Below are positions 12,120 through 23,460 of a stretch of DNA of 64,000 bases, in pieces. Each line of letters opens with the position of its first letter. Position 1 is the first letter of the stretch. This stretch comes from Octopus sinensis (lineage: Eukaryota), in the NCBI RefSeq assembly GCF_006345805.1, contig NC_043005.1, positions 85,002,001 through 85,066,000 of the forward strand, in the 5' to 3' direction. The position numbers and the translations under genes were made by a program. Under the pieces are notes generated by a model. It saw nothing but the letters and a program-made list of their open reading frames with translations. It ran no database searches and was not told the DNA's origin.

Positions 12120-13870
12120 ATTATTATTTTATGTTTATCTTTTGCTTTGCATTTGTACAAGTTGGCTCCAAATCTCACCCAGAGACCTCAAGAGACAACA
12201 AGGTAGAAGTTCATGTTGGTGTTATGCCTAGAATGTTATATATTAGGTTTTGTACATAGTGTTGTTCTAGAGAATGTTTAAAAACCATAAGAAAATTATG
12301 AGTTTGTTTTAAAATTTGAGATTACCTGGACAGTATTTTGCGGAGGATATGGGCAGTTCCCATGAGCACTATCTTTTGAATTTCTGCCATTTTAGGGTTT
12401 ACTGGTATCTGAGTTAGGTAGCAATCAGCCCTTTTTGCTATCATTCCTCGGAAACCTATGACAACAGGTATTGTTTTAGCCTTCAGGTTCCACATTTTGC
12501 CAATTTCTATTTCAAGATCTTTATATTTGCTCAGTTTCTGGTAGGCCTTGACAGATACATTTATATCGATTGGGACAGTCATATCAATGAGGAGGCAGGA
12601 TTTTTGTCTGAAGTCTTTTAATATAATGTCTGGCCTATTTGCATCTATCTTTCTGTCAGTTTGAACGGTGAAGCTCCAGAGGAGTGAGATGTGATCCTTT
12701 TCAAGCTGGAAAGTTTTTATCACGGGGCAGGTCCATGTTTTTGCAAATTACCCAGTGAATATACTGTGCAGCTCTATCACACCTGTTGAGATACTCTGTA
12801 GGTGCAAGAAAACTGCACATGCAGACAACATAGGTTGCTGCAAAACATTGTCATAAAGTTTTTATAAGTAGTTCATGACTCCCTAGTAAGGCATTCAACC
12901 AGAAGTTAGGAATTTTATCCTTCCGGGAGACTTCCATTTACTTGACTTCCTGAGAGCAGATCTTACATTCTCTACCTTGATACCCTCCCACTTTTGCTCT
13001 TCTAAGGACTCTAAGTCAGTAGAAATTCTATCAATCCAAGGGGCCTTTTCATGTTGTGTGTTTTTTCTTCTGCCCAGATTTTATTCCAAAATTTCTGCTT
13101 TTCTTTTGATGGGATAGACTTTACTGTAATTGGTATTTTCCCTATCTTCCTGTAAAACTTTTTGCGGCTATTTTTTAACATGTTGTCTTTGAAGAATCTA
13201 ACATGCTTTTCATACTTTGCTATGCGGTCAGCTTTAGCACATACCTTTTGCTTGATGGTTTCTATGGTGGCATCAATGTCAAATATGGTTTCCATATTAT
13301 ATTTTTTCTTTAATTTCCTGATTTTTGTTGGTTTGATAGTCTTGTCAAACTTAAGGCTTTTTAAACATTCTATGTCAGACCTAAGTAGCTGAATTTGGTG
13401 TTGAATATGCTCTTGCTAAGAAGGCTTCTTGTGGGAATATTGTTGTTTTCTAATCTTTTCACTACATAGAATCGTTGAGATTTTCACAGATGCATAGTAC
13501 AGCTGGTTGAGATCTGTAAAATCATTATTAGCTGAAATTATATCCTTAAGTGCAAGATGGATTTTATCAATTATTTTCTGGTTTTGATTAGGGATGCAAA
13601 TTTCTGGGAGAGATTCACGTTAATTCATATTGGTTTCTTTAATTTTCAGCCATTCAATCATGATTTGACTTTTTAGATCATGTAGTTCAGTTGGCTCAAT
13701 TTCCGTGTGACTTTCTTCATCTATTTGATTTTCATTTGCCTTGGTGTTTACGGTTGGTTCAGAGAGTATTTCACTTTGCTTATCAGTCACATTAACTCTT
13801 TCAATCATTATTGCATTTTCATCAGACCTGAGTTCGTCTATAATTATTTCCTCTGTGGTGTCTTCTTTTA
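12120..13870 (-). mobile_element. R4/Dong-like RLE non-LTR retrotransposon with most of the RT deleted
   Basis: N-terminal region ETIKQKVCAKADRIAKY...KFWNKIW and RT start KWKSPG jump to a Zn-knuckle remnant (CSFLAPTEYLNR) and RLE (NRPDIILKD...LIDMTVP...KLSKYKDL). (TAA)n lies at both ends. Confidence 0.85.
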
Positions 13871-13897
13871 TCCCTTACTGATTATTATTATTATTCT

Positions 13898-13928
<31 letters not shown>

Positions 13929-14165
13929 ATTATTATTATTATTATTATTATTGTTATCTGCAGTAAATCTAAATAATTGATAATAATAATAATAATAACA
14001 ACAATAATATTAGTGGCAGTAAGTAATATTAGCATAAAAGAGCTCTGCAATAAGTTCATAATTATAATAGAGAGGACACGAAGCACCAGATTCCTAGAAA
14101 GAAGAGTCAAAGTCCTCAGCTTATCTAACTATGTCACTGAAATATACATATATATATAAATATAT

Positions 14166-14398
14166 CTTTTACTCTTTTACTCTTTTACTTGTTTCAGTTA
14201 TGTGAGTGTGGCCATGCTGGAGCACCACCTTTAGTTGAGCAAATCAACCCCAGAACTTATTCTTTGTAAGCCTAGTACTTATTCTATCGGTCTCTTTTGC
14301 TGAACCACTAATGTTACAGGGACATAAACACACCAACATCGGTTGTCAAGTCATGTTGGGGGGACAAACACAGACACACAAACATTTATACACACATG

Positions 14399-14429
<31 letters not shown>

Positions 14430-14430
14430 G

Positions 14431-14487
<57 letters not shown>

Positions 14488-14650
14488 GACGGGCTTATTT
14501 CAGTTTCCGTCTACCAAATCCACTCACAAGGCTTTGGTCAGCCCAAGGCTATAGCAGAAGACATTTGCCCAAGGTGTCACGCAGTGGGACTGAATCCGGA
14601 AGCATGTGGTTTGTAAGCAAACTACTTACCACACAGCCACTCCTACGCCT
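14166..14650 (-). mobile_element. tRNA-derived SINE family A
   Basis: Full-length copy starting AGGCGTAGGAGTGGCTGTGTGGTAAG on the minus strand. Confidence 0.9.
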
Positions 14651-14658
14651 ATGTGTGA

Positions 14659-14774
14659 CACTTACAGCACCTAGGTTTCCCAAGCGGTCACCCATCTAAG
14701 TACTAACTAGGCTTGACGTTGCTTAACTTCGGTGACCGGACGAGAACCAGTGCTTTAAACGTGATATGGCCATG
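14659..14774 (-). pseudogene. 5S rRNA pseudogene
   Basis: Minus strand GGCCATATCACG...GGTTCTCGTCCGGTCACCGAAGTTAAGCAACG...GTTAGTACTTAGATGGGTGACCGCTTGGGAAACCTAGGTGCTGTAAG is metazoan 5S. It shows apparent CpG decay, a damaged 5' end and no oligo-T terminator. Confidence 0.92.
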
Positions 14775-14897
14775 TTTATATTTATATGTATATGCACACA
14801 CAACACACACACACACACACACCACACACACACATGAATATGTATATTTTGCAATCAAATATAAAAAAGAACACTGACACAAAATTTCATTGACAGC

Positions 14898-15310
14898 AGC
14901 GAGCTGGCAGAATCGTTAGCATGCCGGACGAAATGCCTAGCTGTATTTCGTCTGCTGCTACGTTCTGAGTTCAAATTCCACCGAGGTCGACTTTGCCTTT
15001 CATCTTTTCGGGTTCTATTAAATAAGTACCAGTTATGCACTGGGGTCGATATAATCGAATTAATCCATTTGTCTGTCCTTGTTTGTCCTCTCTGTGTTTA
15101 GCCCCTTGTGGGTAGTAAAGAAATAGGTATTTCGTCTGTCGTTACGTTCTGAGTTCAAATTCCGCCGAGGTTGACTTTGCCTTTCATCCTTTCGGGGTCG
15201 ATTAAATAAGTACCAGTTATGCACTGGAGTCGATATAATCGAATTAATCCGTTTGTCTGTCCTTGTTTGTCCTCTCTGTGTTTAGCCCCTTGTGGGTAGT
15301 AAAGAAATAG
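14898..15310 (+). mobile_element. tRNA-derived SINE family B (CORE-like), head plus two 184-bp body units
   Basis: Head GAGCTGGCAGAATCGTTAG and B-box GAGTTCAAATTC. The body repeats from 14943 and 15127. Confidence 0.85.
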
Positions 15311-16284
15311 ATATTAGTTAAAAGCATGAAGAGAAAAAGAAGAGAATGTATTTAACGTTTTGGGTAGAAATCTTTCATCAAAATCAGGAAAGGAATGAAT
15401 ATGAGGAAAATGGAAAGAGGGTAAAAACAAAAAGATCCTGTATAATCCTTGTATAATCCTTGTATAATCTGAGCTAGCATCGTTATGAGTTCAAACATTT
15501 TGATTTTGGCCTCAGCTTGCAGCGCTTAATAAATTAACTGTTTTCTTTGAAAAAAAAAAATAAATAAATAAATAAATAAAATTCATCTTTTTTTTCCATG
15601 TTTCTTTTCAGCAATAAGTTTTGAATTATACCCCACAATATTGAATATCATTCTAAAAAAGAAAAAAAAACAAAAATAGAAAAAATTCTGTTTTATATGC
15701 TTTCATTACTGCTTTCTAATCTCCATTTGTATTCATTGATATTAAACTTTTATATAATCTCCCACACAACTTTAATTCTATTTACATTTGAATACTGCTA
15801 CAACAAATCAGTTTTAATGAAGCAGTTTTATTAAAAACCACATCGTTATAATTTATCAATCTGCATTCAAAATCCATTTGCACACTTTTTAATCATTATA
15901 ATGTCCACTTCCCCATGGCCCCCGACACGGCTTACTAAGGCAGATTTTTCTATTGCCTGCCTTCACAGAAATGAATGACACTGCTTGTATGACAATGGCA
16001 CTCGTTTACAATGAACGCACAGTGCTGGGACTAGAAGACACACATGTACGCATGCACACACACACACACACACATGTGCACACACGATAGGCTTGTTTTG
16101 CTTTCTATTCACCAGATCCACTCACAAGGCTTTGGTTGGTCTGGGGCTACAGTAAAAGATATCTGTCCAAGGCACCTCACAGTGGGACTGAACCCCAAAA
16201 CCATATGGTTTGGAAGTAAGCTATTTAATCACACAGCCAAATCTTCCACCTACGTATGAATATGTATATTGAACTAAGTGCAAT

Positions 16285-16860
16285 ATATTCTTTTCTACTC
16301 TAGGTACAAGACCTGAAATTTTGGGGGAGTGGGGGCAGTTGATTAAGTTGACCCCAGTATGCAACTGGTACTTAATTTATCGACCCTGAAAAGATGAAAA
16401 GCAAAGTCAACCTTGGCAGAATTTGAACTCAGAATGTAAAGACAGACAAAATACCTATTTCTTTACTATCCACAAGGGGCTAAACAGAAGGGGACAAACA
16501 AGGACAGACAAACGTATTGAGTCGATTATATCAACCCCAGTGCATAACTGGTACTTATTTAATCGACCCTGAAAGGATGAAAGGCAAAGTTGACCTCGGC
16601 GGAATTTGAACTCAGAATGTGAAGACAGATGGAATACCTATTTCTTTACTACCTACAAAGGGGCTAAACACAGAGAGGACAAACAAGGACAGACAAACGG
16701 ATTAAGTCGATTATATCGACTCCAGTTTGTAACTGGTACTTAATTTATTGACCCTAAAAGGATGAAAGGCAAAGTTGACCTTGGCGTAATTTGAACACAG
16801 AACGTAAAGACAGATGAAATACCGCTAAGCATTTTGCCTGGGGTGCTAACGTTTCTGCCT
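16285..16860 (-). mobile_element. SINE family B, head plus three body units
   Basis: Three tandem bodies on the minus strand. The last unit has the alternative tail ...CCTAGAGTAGAAAAGAAT. Confidence 0.85.
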
Positions 16861-16869
16861 TCAAACCTA

Positions 16870-16938
16870 TGCTTTTGTCCAGTGGTTGAATGCCTCTCTT
16901 GTCTACAGGAAGTGTGGGTTCAAACCCTATGAAAAGCA
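16870..16938 (+). pseudogene. tRNA-like sequence (copy 2, identical to 11546-11614)
   Basis: Identical sequence, forming part of a ~270 bp duplication. Confidence 0.6.
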
Positions 16939-17652
16939 TTTCACTTTTTCAGTTCAGAAGGGGATAATCTATTGAGAGCAATAACAAATACAATGTGATG
17001 ATGATAATGATGATGATGATGATGATTGGTACATTAAATATCAAGTAAGATAAATTCTTGTTTCATTGGCCAGAGAAGGTAGAACAGTTGTTTGGTGGTA
17101 ATTGAGACCAACTGCAAATGAGAACGTGGAATGAAATGCATTTATTTATCACCAAGGCAACTTAGATTTAAATCTGAATGCTATGTTAAAAAATATCTCA
17201 ATGATATGATCACAAATCCAACTAAGAATACGTATCTGTTAGAATAAAACTCTTTCTGATAGACACATACACTTCAAGATATTTTATAATAATTAAATTT
17301 CGGAGATGTAATTGCCAGGTGAGTGATTTGATCTGAGACTTTGTTGGAACTAAAGAAATTACTGTGGCACATATTAGTCATTCTAAAATATACAAAGACT
17401 CTTATCTTCCCTTAATCATTATTTGGTGCTGAAATTTTCCTCCCACAATCGGTGACCTGGTCACTGACATAGTTCCACTCACAGTTGGTCTGAGACAAAG
17501 CTGTTGACCAATATATATATATGTCTCAAGGTTTTAAATATAATTTCTCTCTCTCTCTCTCTCTTTCTCTCTGACATCACTCGTTGCTCATAGAAGATAA
17601 GTTAATTTGGATTTTGGTTGAGATTCCTCTACTCATTCTTCATTTCCTTAGC

Positions 17653-17870
17653 GAAGGTGCATAGCTGAGTGGTTAGGTCATTCGGCTCACAATCATAAGG
17701 TCATGAGTTCAATTCCCAGTGGTGTGGTGTGTCCTTGAGCAAGACACTTTATTTCACATTGCACCAGTCCACTCGGCTGGCAAAAATGAGTAGTATCTGT
17801 ATTTCAAAGGGCCAGCTTTGTCACAATCTGTCATGATAAACATCCCTGAGAATTATGTTAAGGGTATGTG
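17653..17870 (+). mobile_element. tRNA-derived SINE family C
   Basis: A-box TAGCTGAGTGG, B-box GAGTTCAATTCC, then GTGTCCTTGAGCAAGACACTTTATTTCAC. Related copies lie at ~19370-19590, 38590-38912 and 54250-54475. Confidence 0.75.
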
Positions 17871-17882
17871 TATATGTGTGTG

Positions 17883-18298
17883 GTGAGCTGGCAGAAACGT
17901 TAGCACGCCGGGCGAAATGCTTAGCAGTATTTCATCTGCCATTACGTTCTGAGTTCAAATTCCGCTGAGGTCGACTTTGCCTTTCATCCTTTCGTGTTCG
18001 ATTAAGTAAGTACCAGTTATGCACTGGGGTCGATACAGTCGACTTAATCCGTTTGTCTGTCCTTGTTTGTCCCCTCTGTGTTTAGCCCCTTGTGGGTAGT
18101 AAAGAAATAGGTATTTCGTATGTCTTTATGTTCTGAGTTCAAATTCCGCCGAAGTCGACTTTGCCTATCATCCTTTCGGGGTCCATTTAAATTAAGTACC
18201 AGTTACACACTGGGGTCGATGTAATCGACTTAATCCGTTTGTCTGTCCTTGTTTGTCCTCTCTGTGTTTAGCCCCTTGTGGGTAGTAAAGAAATAGGT
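17883..18298 (+). mobile_element. SINE family B, head plus two body units, nested in the family C SINE
   Basis: Body units start at 17927 and 18111. Confidence 0.85.
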
Positions 18299-18475
18299 AT
18301 GTATGTCTGTGAAATGCTCAGTGACTTGTACATTAATTTCTGTTGATTGGAACACTCGTTATCATAACCGATTGAGTGCTGTTATTATTTTTTTCTTCTT
18401 CTGTCCCCTTCTATCTGTGGGGGAAATTTTGTCATTGTTCTGGGAGAACAGAATCATTATTTAATGATCTATGCT

Positions 18476-18802
18476 GTTTGGATAGCAGTGACCCTGCTTA
18501 GTTTGGTGATAGCAGTGTGATAGTAGCAGCAGTTTCTCAAAGGATGGTGGTGTTGGTGCTGTGAAGTTCACAGTTGAGGTGGTCAGGGATGACTAGCTTA
18601 AGCCCAGAAGCAGTGGTGGTGAAGGTGATTGTCTCCATTGGGGTTGTTAGCAATGGAGATAAATGCTGTGTTAGTAGTCAGTGATAAACATTGTCAACAT
18701 CTGTTCTGTACAAGGACATGCAGCATCAATCTTTTGGAGGCTTTCTGCTGCTATCACACTCACTGGATTTAGCCAGGTCACTGCCCATTTGGCTATCCAA
18801 AT
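18476..18802. repeat. Degenerate inverted repeat (~80 bp arms, ~170 bp spacer)
   Basis: TTTGGATAG..CAGTGACC...AGTGTGATAGTAGCAG pairs with CTGCTGCTATCACACT...GGTCACTG..CTATCCAAA. Confidence 0.65.
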
Positions 18803-19609
18803 GGCAGGATCTACATAAACTCACATTTCTTAACTATATCCTTGTGAAGAGGGGCCTTTCTGCCTGAAATATATAAAGGTTTTCCAACCTTCCTTGCTGC
18901 ATTGTTAGAAGTTTCCTCCTTTCTTTTTCATTTATTATTCTATTTGTACTTATATACAGGGTGGCCCAAAAGTAGGTCGTCATCATCGTCATTTCATCAG
19001 CATCATGTTTGTCATGTCATCATCATCATCATCATAGTCCACCTCATCATTGTCATCGTTGTCATCATCATCATTGTCATTGTCATATCTTATATCCTTT
19101 TCAATGCTGGCATTGGCTGGATGCTTTGGGGTGGTTGCTATGGCTGGATGCCCTTCCTCACACAAAACACTTTACAGAGTCTACAGGGTTCTCATTAGGT
19201 AATACCAGCAGCCGTGGGGTCACTAAATAACTTGCTAGACAAGACCCCTTGAAGGGGCTTAGAGCCAGGTGATGAGAAATTAGAGTATGAATAGGGGAAC
19301 AGAAATAGATGTCTTGTAACAGAGGAGATACATGGTTACCTAATTTTGTAAAATTACCTTCTTTGAATCCCACTGACTCATAGGGGTCAGGTTCCTGATT
19401 TCATGGTGTATATTTTCTCACCTGGGTGGGATGCCGGTCCTTCATAAGATAACTCACTTTTGCCAGTTGAGTGGACTGGAGCAATGTTAAATGAAGTGTT
19501 TTGCTCAGGGACACAACTAGTTGCCCAGTCCAGGAATTGAAACCATGATCTTATGACCATGAGTCCAATACTCTAACCACTAAGCCATGGACCACCACTA
19601 CCTCAGAAG

Positions 19610-19800
19610 GAGAGAGAGACAAAGGAGAGGACAGAGAGAGAGACAAAGGAGAGGACAGAGAGAGAGAGAGGGAGATAAAGAAGAGGACTGAGAGAGAGAG
19701 AGACAAAGGAGAGGACAGAGAGAGAGAGAGAGAGAGAGAGACAAAGGAGAAGACAGAGAGAGAGGGGTAGATAAAGAAGAGGACAGAGAGAGAGAGATAA
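19610..19800. repeat. Purine-rich minisatellite (GA)nCAAAGGAGAGGACA
   Basis: About 6 imperfect units. Confidence 0.85.
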
Positions 19801-20041
19801 GGTGGTGAAAATGTGATGAGTTATATACCCAAGTTCAGTGCTGTCTTAAGGCATAGACATGCTGAGCAGCTGCCAGGAGCCACACAGGTGTAGGGACCCA
19901 CTGTTAATTTTTAATTCATCCTCACTGATATTATAAAATTATCTGGACCCCCAGCAAAACAAAAACAACAAAATTCGCTTATATTAAACTGCCTTATTAT
20001 AACTTATATAATTGTTGTTATTCAAATTCTTCAATGCTGTG

Positions 20042-20216
20042 CCCTTAATATTTAAATTGGCCAGATCCAGCCTCTCATACCTACTCTACAATGTCATTCT
20101 AAAAGTAACCAATCACATTACTGAAATCTCAAAACTATGAGGTAATCCATGATTAACTCAAAACAATGGGAATAAAGAAGGATTACTTTTGACAGAATAC
20201 TCTGAATGTTGAAGGG
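20042..20216. mobile_element. piggyBac-like MITE (degenerate)
   Basis: Termini CCCTTAATATTTAAA and TCTGAATGTTGAAGGG|TTAA. The left TTAA is not preserved. Confidence 0.45.
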
Positions 20217-20778
20217 TTAAAAATAAACTAACTTGTGACGTTAAAACTATTTTTAGTTGAAGGATGAGCACAAGGTCACGTTTATGTGGGTGTTTTCCAT
20301 TTTTCTTGCAAAGACTCAGCTAATTGACTACTTGTAATGTCTCCGAGGAGAACAATTCCAAATGTGGCATCTGCCATTAATTAGCTGACATTTTATAGAA
20401 CCATAAATGTCTTTTATGATTCTTCAATACCAAAATGTAAAATAGACAGTAGAAACCTTTGGGTTTTGGGTGTGTGAGTAAATCTTCATGACTTATGGTT
20501 GAAGCTTTTAATTTCTGCCACAACACCCAACAATGGATGTTTTTGGGGTCTTATTCATTATGTTCTTTTATCACTTCCTACATTTGTCTTTCATCTCCAT
20601 TTTTTAAAAAATAGCAATCTATGGTGGAAATATTATTGCACAAAAGAAAAGGGAATTGATACAGAATATGTAATATTACCGTTTACTACATAATTGCCTT
20701 ATAATAGTTCCCAAATTTCTGTTCAACTTCATTTATACAACACTACAAAATAAACTCACATAACTTTTTATCAATATA

Positions 20779-21697
20779 CGAGGTCTGATCAATAAGTATC
20801 CGTACCGTTGCCATAGTAACAAAGCTAAAGCATGCAGAACAAAGTCGTTTGGTACAGATCGACCTTGAACACTGTTGCGCATGTGCTGTAAGTTTTAACG
20901 TTCTAGCTCACATCCGCTGTTTACAGCAGTGTTTGGAAGAAAGGTGTGTAGTGTGTGATCGTTGCATTGACCATGACAGGGTAAGGTGTCAAGGCGATAC
21001 CTGCTCAGAAGCAGAAAGTGTATGGAGAGGAGTGTATAAGCTTCAAAGTTGCAGAAAGTGTATGGAGAGGAGTGTATGAGCTTCACACAAGTGTAGTAGT
21101 GGTTCAGACGTTTCCAAGATGGTTGAAAAAAAGTCAATATTGACGAACGTTGTGGGAGACCCACAACCAGCAGAACTGAGAAAAACACTGCAGAAATGCA
21201 TACAGCTGTGAGGGGTAATCGTCAAATTACCATCCGTGAGTTATCAGAGAATGTGCAGATTAGCTACGGTTCAGTTCAGCCCATTATCACTGCAGATTTG
21301 GGTATGAGTGTCTGCCACCATGTTTGTGCCAAAACTGCTTTCAGCTGACCAAAAAGACACTTGAGTTTCAATTGAACAAGATCTTCTTGATTGTGTCGAC
21401 AATGATGAAAACATTTTGAAAACTTTGCCTGGGTCACTGAGCAGGTATCGCCAAGCTTTTAGCGAAATTTGATGCAGATTCTCTGCTCAACTTCCTCTGT
21501 CATGGTCATCACGATGATCACACGCTACACACCTTCCTTCCAAGCACTGCTGTAAACAACGGAAGTGAGCTAGATCGTTAAAACTTAGTGTGCATACACA
21601 ACAAAGTTTAAGGTCAACCTGTGTCAAGCAGCTTTACTCTGCGTATTTTAGCTTCGTTACTATGGAAACAGTCCGGATACTTATTGATCAGACCATG
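20779..21697 (+). mobile_element. Internally deleted mariner element with ~200 bp TIRs
   Basis: TA|CGAGGTCTGATCAATAAGTATCCG pairs with CCGGATACTTATTGATCAGACC. The internal remnant reads WFRRF...GRPTTSRTEKN...NRQITIRELSENVQISYGSV..II..DLGM...FVPKLL (HTH plus WVPHEL-like motif). The catalytic domain is absent. Confidence 0.9.
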
Positions 21698-22109
21698 CAC
21701 ACATAGCTTGTATAATAAGAAATGATAAGTGTAGTTCACTCCCAGCTTCTCCAGTTTCCTCACCATCACTTTCTACTGGCATGTCTTCCTCCATCATATG
21801 GAACATCACCCTCTATCTCCTTTGTGCAACTTATATTCCCCTCTACTGTTCCCTGTGGCTAGGCCCCAATACATCTCCACAATCATCTATTTCTCTCTCC
21901 CTCTCTCCTTCTGATTGTCTCTCAATTTCTAGCTCTCTCCCACCTTCCTTCTCTTACTGGCATGGCCACATATCCCCACTTATAATAAGGCAACTATTTC
22001 TGTTCCTCTATCATACTCTAACCTTTTGCCAGGCACACATCCACTATCCCCAGCTCCACTCCCTCTCTCAACTAAGAAGTCTTTGTCTTGCAATTTACTT
22101 GGCAGCCCT

Positions 22110-22485
22110 AAGGCAGCAAGCTGGCAGAAACGTTAGCACACCAAGTAAAATGCTTAGCAGTATTTCGTGCGTCTTTACATTCTGAGTTCAAATTCCGCTG
22201 AGGTCGAATTTGCCTTTCATCCTTTCGGAGTCGATAAATTAAGTACCAGTTGCATACTGGGGCCGATCTAATTGACTGGCTTCCTTCCCTAAAACTTCGG
22301 GCATTGTACATAGAGTAGAAAAGAAAATAATGCTTAGTGGTATTTTGGTCTGCCTTTACGTTCTGAGTTGAAATTCTGCTGAGGTCGATAAATGAAGTAC
22401 CAGTTGCATACTGGGTCGATCTAATCGACTGCCCCCCCCCACCTCCCTCAAAATTTCGGGCCTTGTGCCTAGAGTAGAAAAGAAT
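22110..22485 (+). mobile_element. SINE family B dimer (alternative tail and junction)
   Basis: Head AAGCTGGCAGAAACGTTAG. The second unit is joined by AGTAGAAAAGAAAATAATGCTTAG. Confidence 0.8.
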
Positions 22486-22499
22486 TTACTTGGCAACCC

Positions 22500-22680
22500 T
22501 GCTGGTGCTCGTGCCACGTAAAAAGCACCCAGGAGGAGGGTATTCAGCCACAGAAGCCATTCCAAAACAGACAACTGAAGCCTTGTGCAGCTCTCCAACC
22601 TAACAGCTCCTCTCAAACCATTCAACCATGCCAGCATGGAAAATGGACACTAAATGATGATGATGATGATGATGATGATA
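22500..22680 (+). mobile_element. RTE 3' tail
   Basis: CCATGCCAGCATGGAAAATGGACACTAAA(TGA)n. Confidence 0.75.
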
Positions 22681-23134
22681 ATGAATTTGACCAATTAAAT
22701 ACTTGTTCTAGTTCTAAAGAAAAGGGTTCAAATGGGTTTTTGTTGATAATCTATCCATAATGTCGTCTTATTTTTATAGAGCCAGTATATTATTTTCTCT
22801 ATAAAATATATTTTATCAATAAAATATGATACCTATCACTATCAATACCTATCGTATTTTATTAAAACTCTCAGAGGTGTCCTGTGATCTGTAGATCATG
22901 GAATATGGCAAACAGATCTTTTGTAGGAATATCTCTGCCCAATATGCCATTTGGGTTTGGCTGTTCCCCAGTTAGTCACTAACTCTTTGACTTTGTATAA
23001 ATTTCTAACAGCTGTAGTCTCTTCAACTGAATATAGTCCCACCGCTGCCAAGAATTTTTTTTAAGGTGCAGGAGTGGCTGAGTGGTAAGTAGCTTGCTTA
23101 CCAACCACATGTTTTGGGGTTCAGAGAAGAAGCC

Positions 23135-23177
<43 letters not shown>

Positions 23178-23181
<4 letters not shown>

Positions 23182-23460
23182 AGAATTCACAAAAAAAACA
23201 AAAGACGAAGACAGGTGGTGTAGATATCAAACAGATGTATTAGTATAATGCTCGGGAAGTGAAAAAGTCTTTAATGTTTCGAGCCTATGCTCTTCCACAG
23301 AAAGGAACACAGAAAGAAACTAGGAGAGGAAATAAAGACTGTGTAGTAGCTAGCGATCTATCATGCTGATGGCCGGACAGAAGGGTCACACAGGAGAGCT
23401 AGGGAGAAGGGGAGATAATAAAGTGGTGGTGATCCCAAAACGAAGGTGCGCGTGTGTATA
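23178..23460 (-). mobile_element. (TA)n-anchored non-autonomous element with minimal hammerhead motif (23269-23304)
   Basis: Minus strand CTTT-CTGTGGA-A-GAGC-ATAG-GCTC-GAAA-CAT-T-AAAG has perfect stems I and II. It is related to 59873-59910. Confidence 0.7.

Noticed and set aside
14659-14774. Functional 5S rRNA gene
   Set aside because: Helix I is disrupted at the 5' end, CpG decay is apparent, there is no terminator and it is not in an array.
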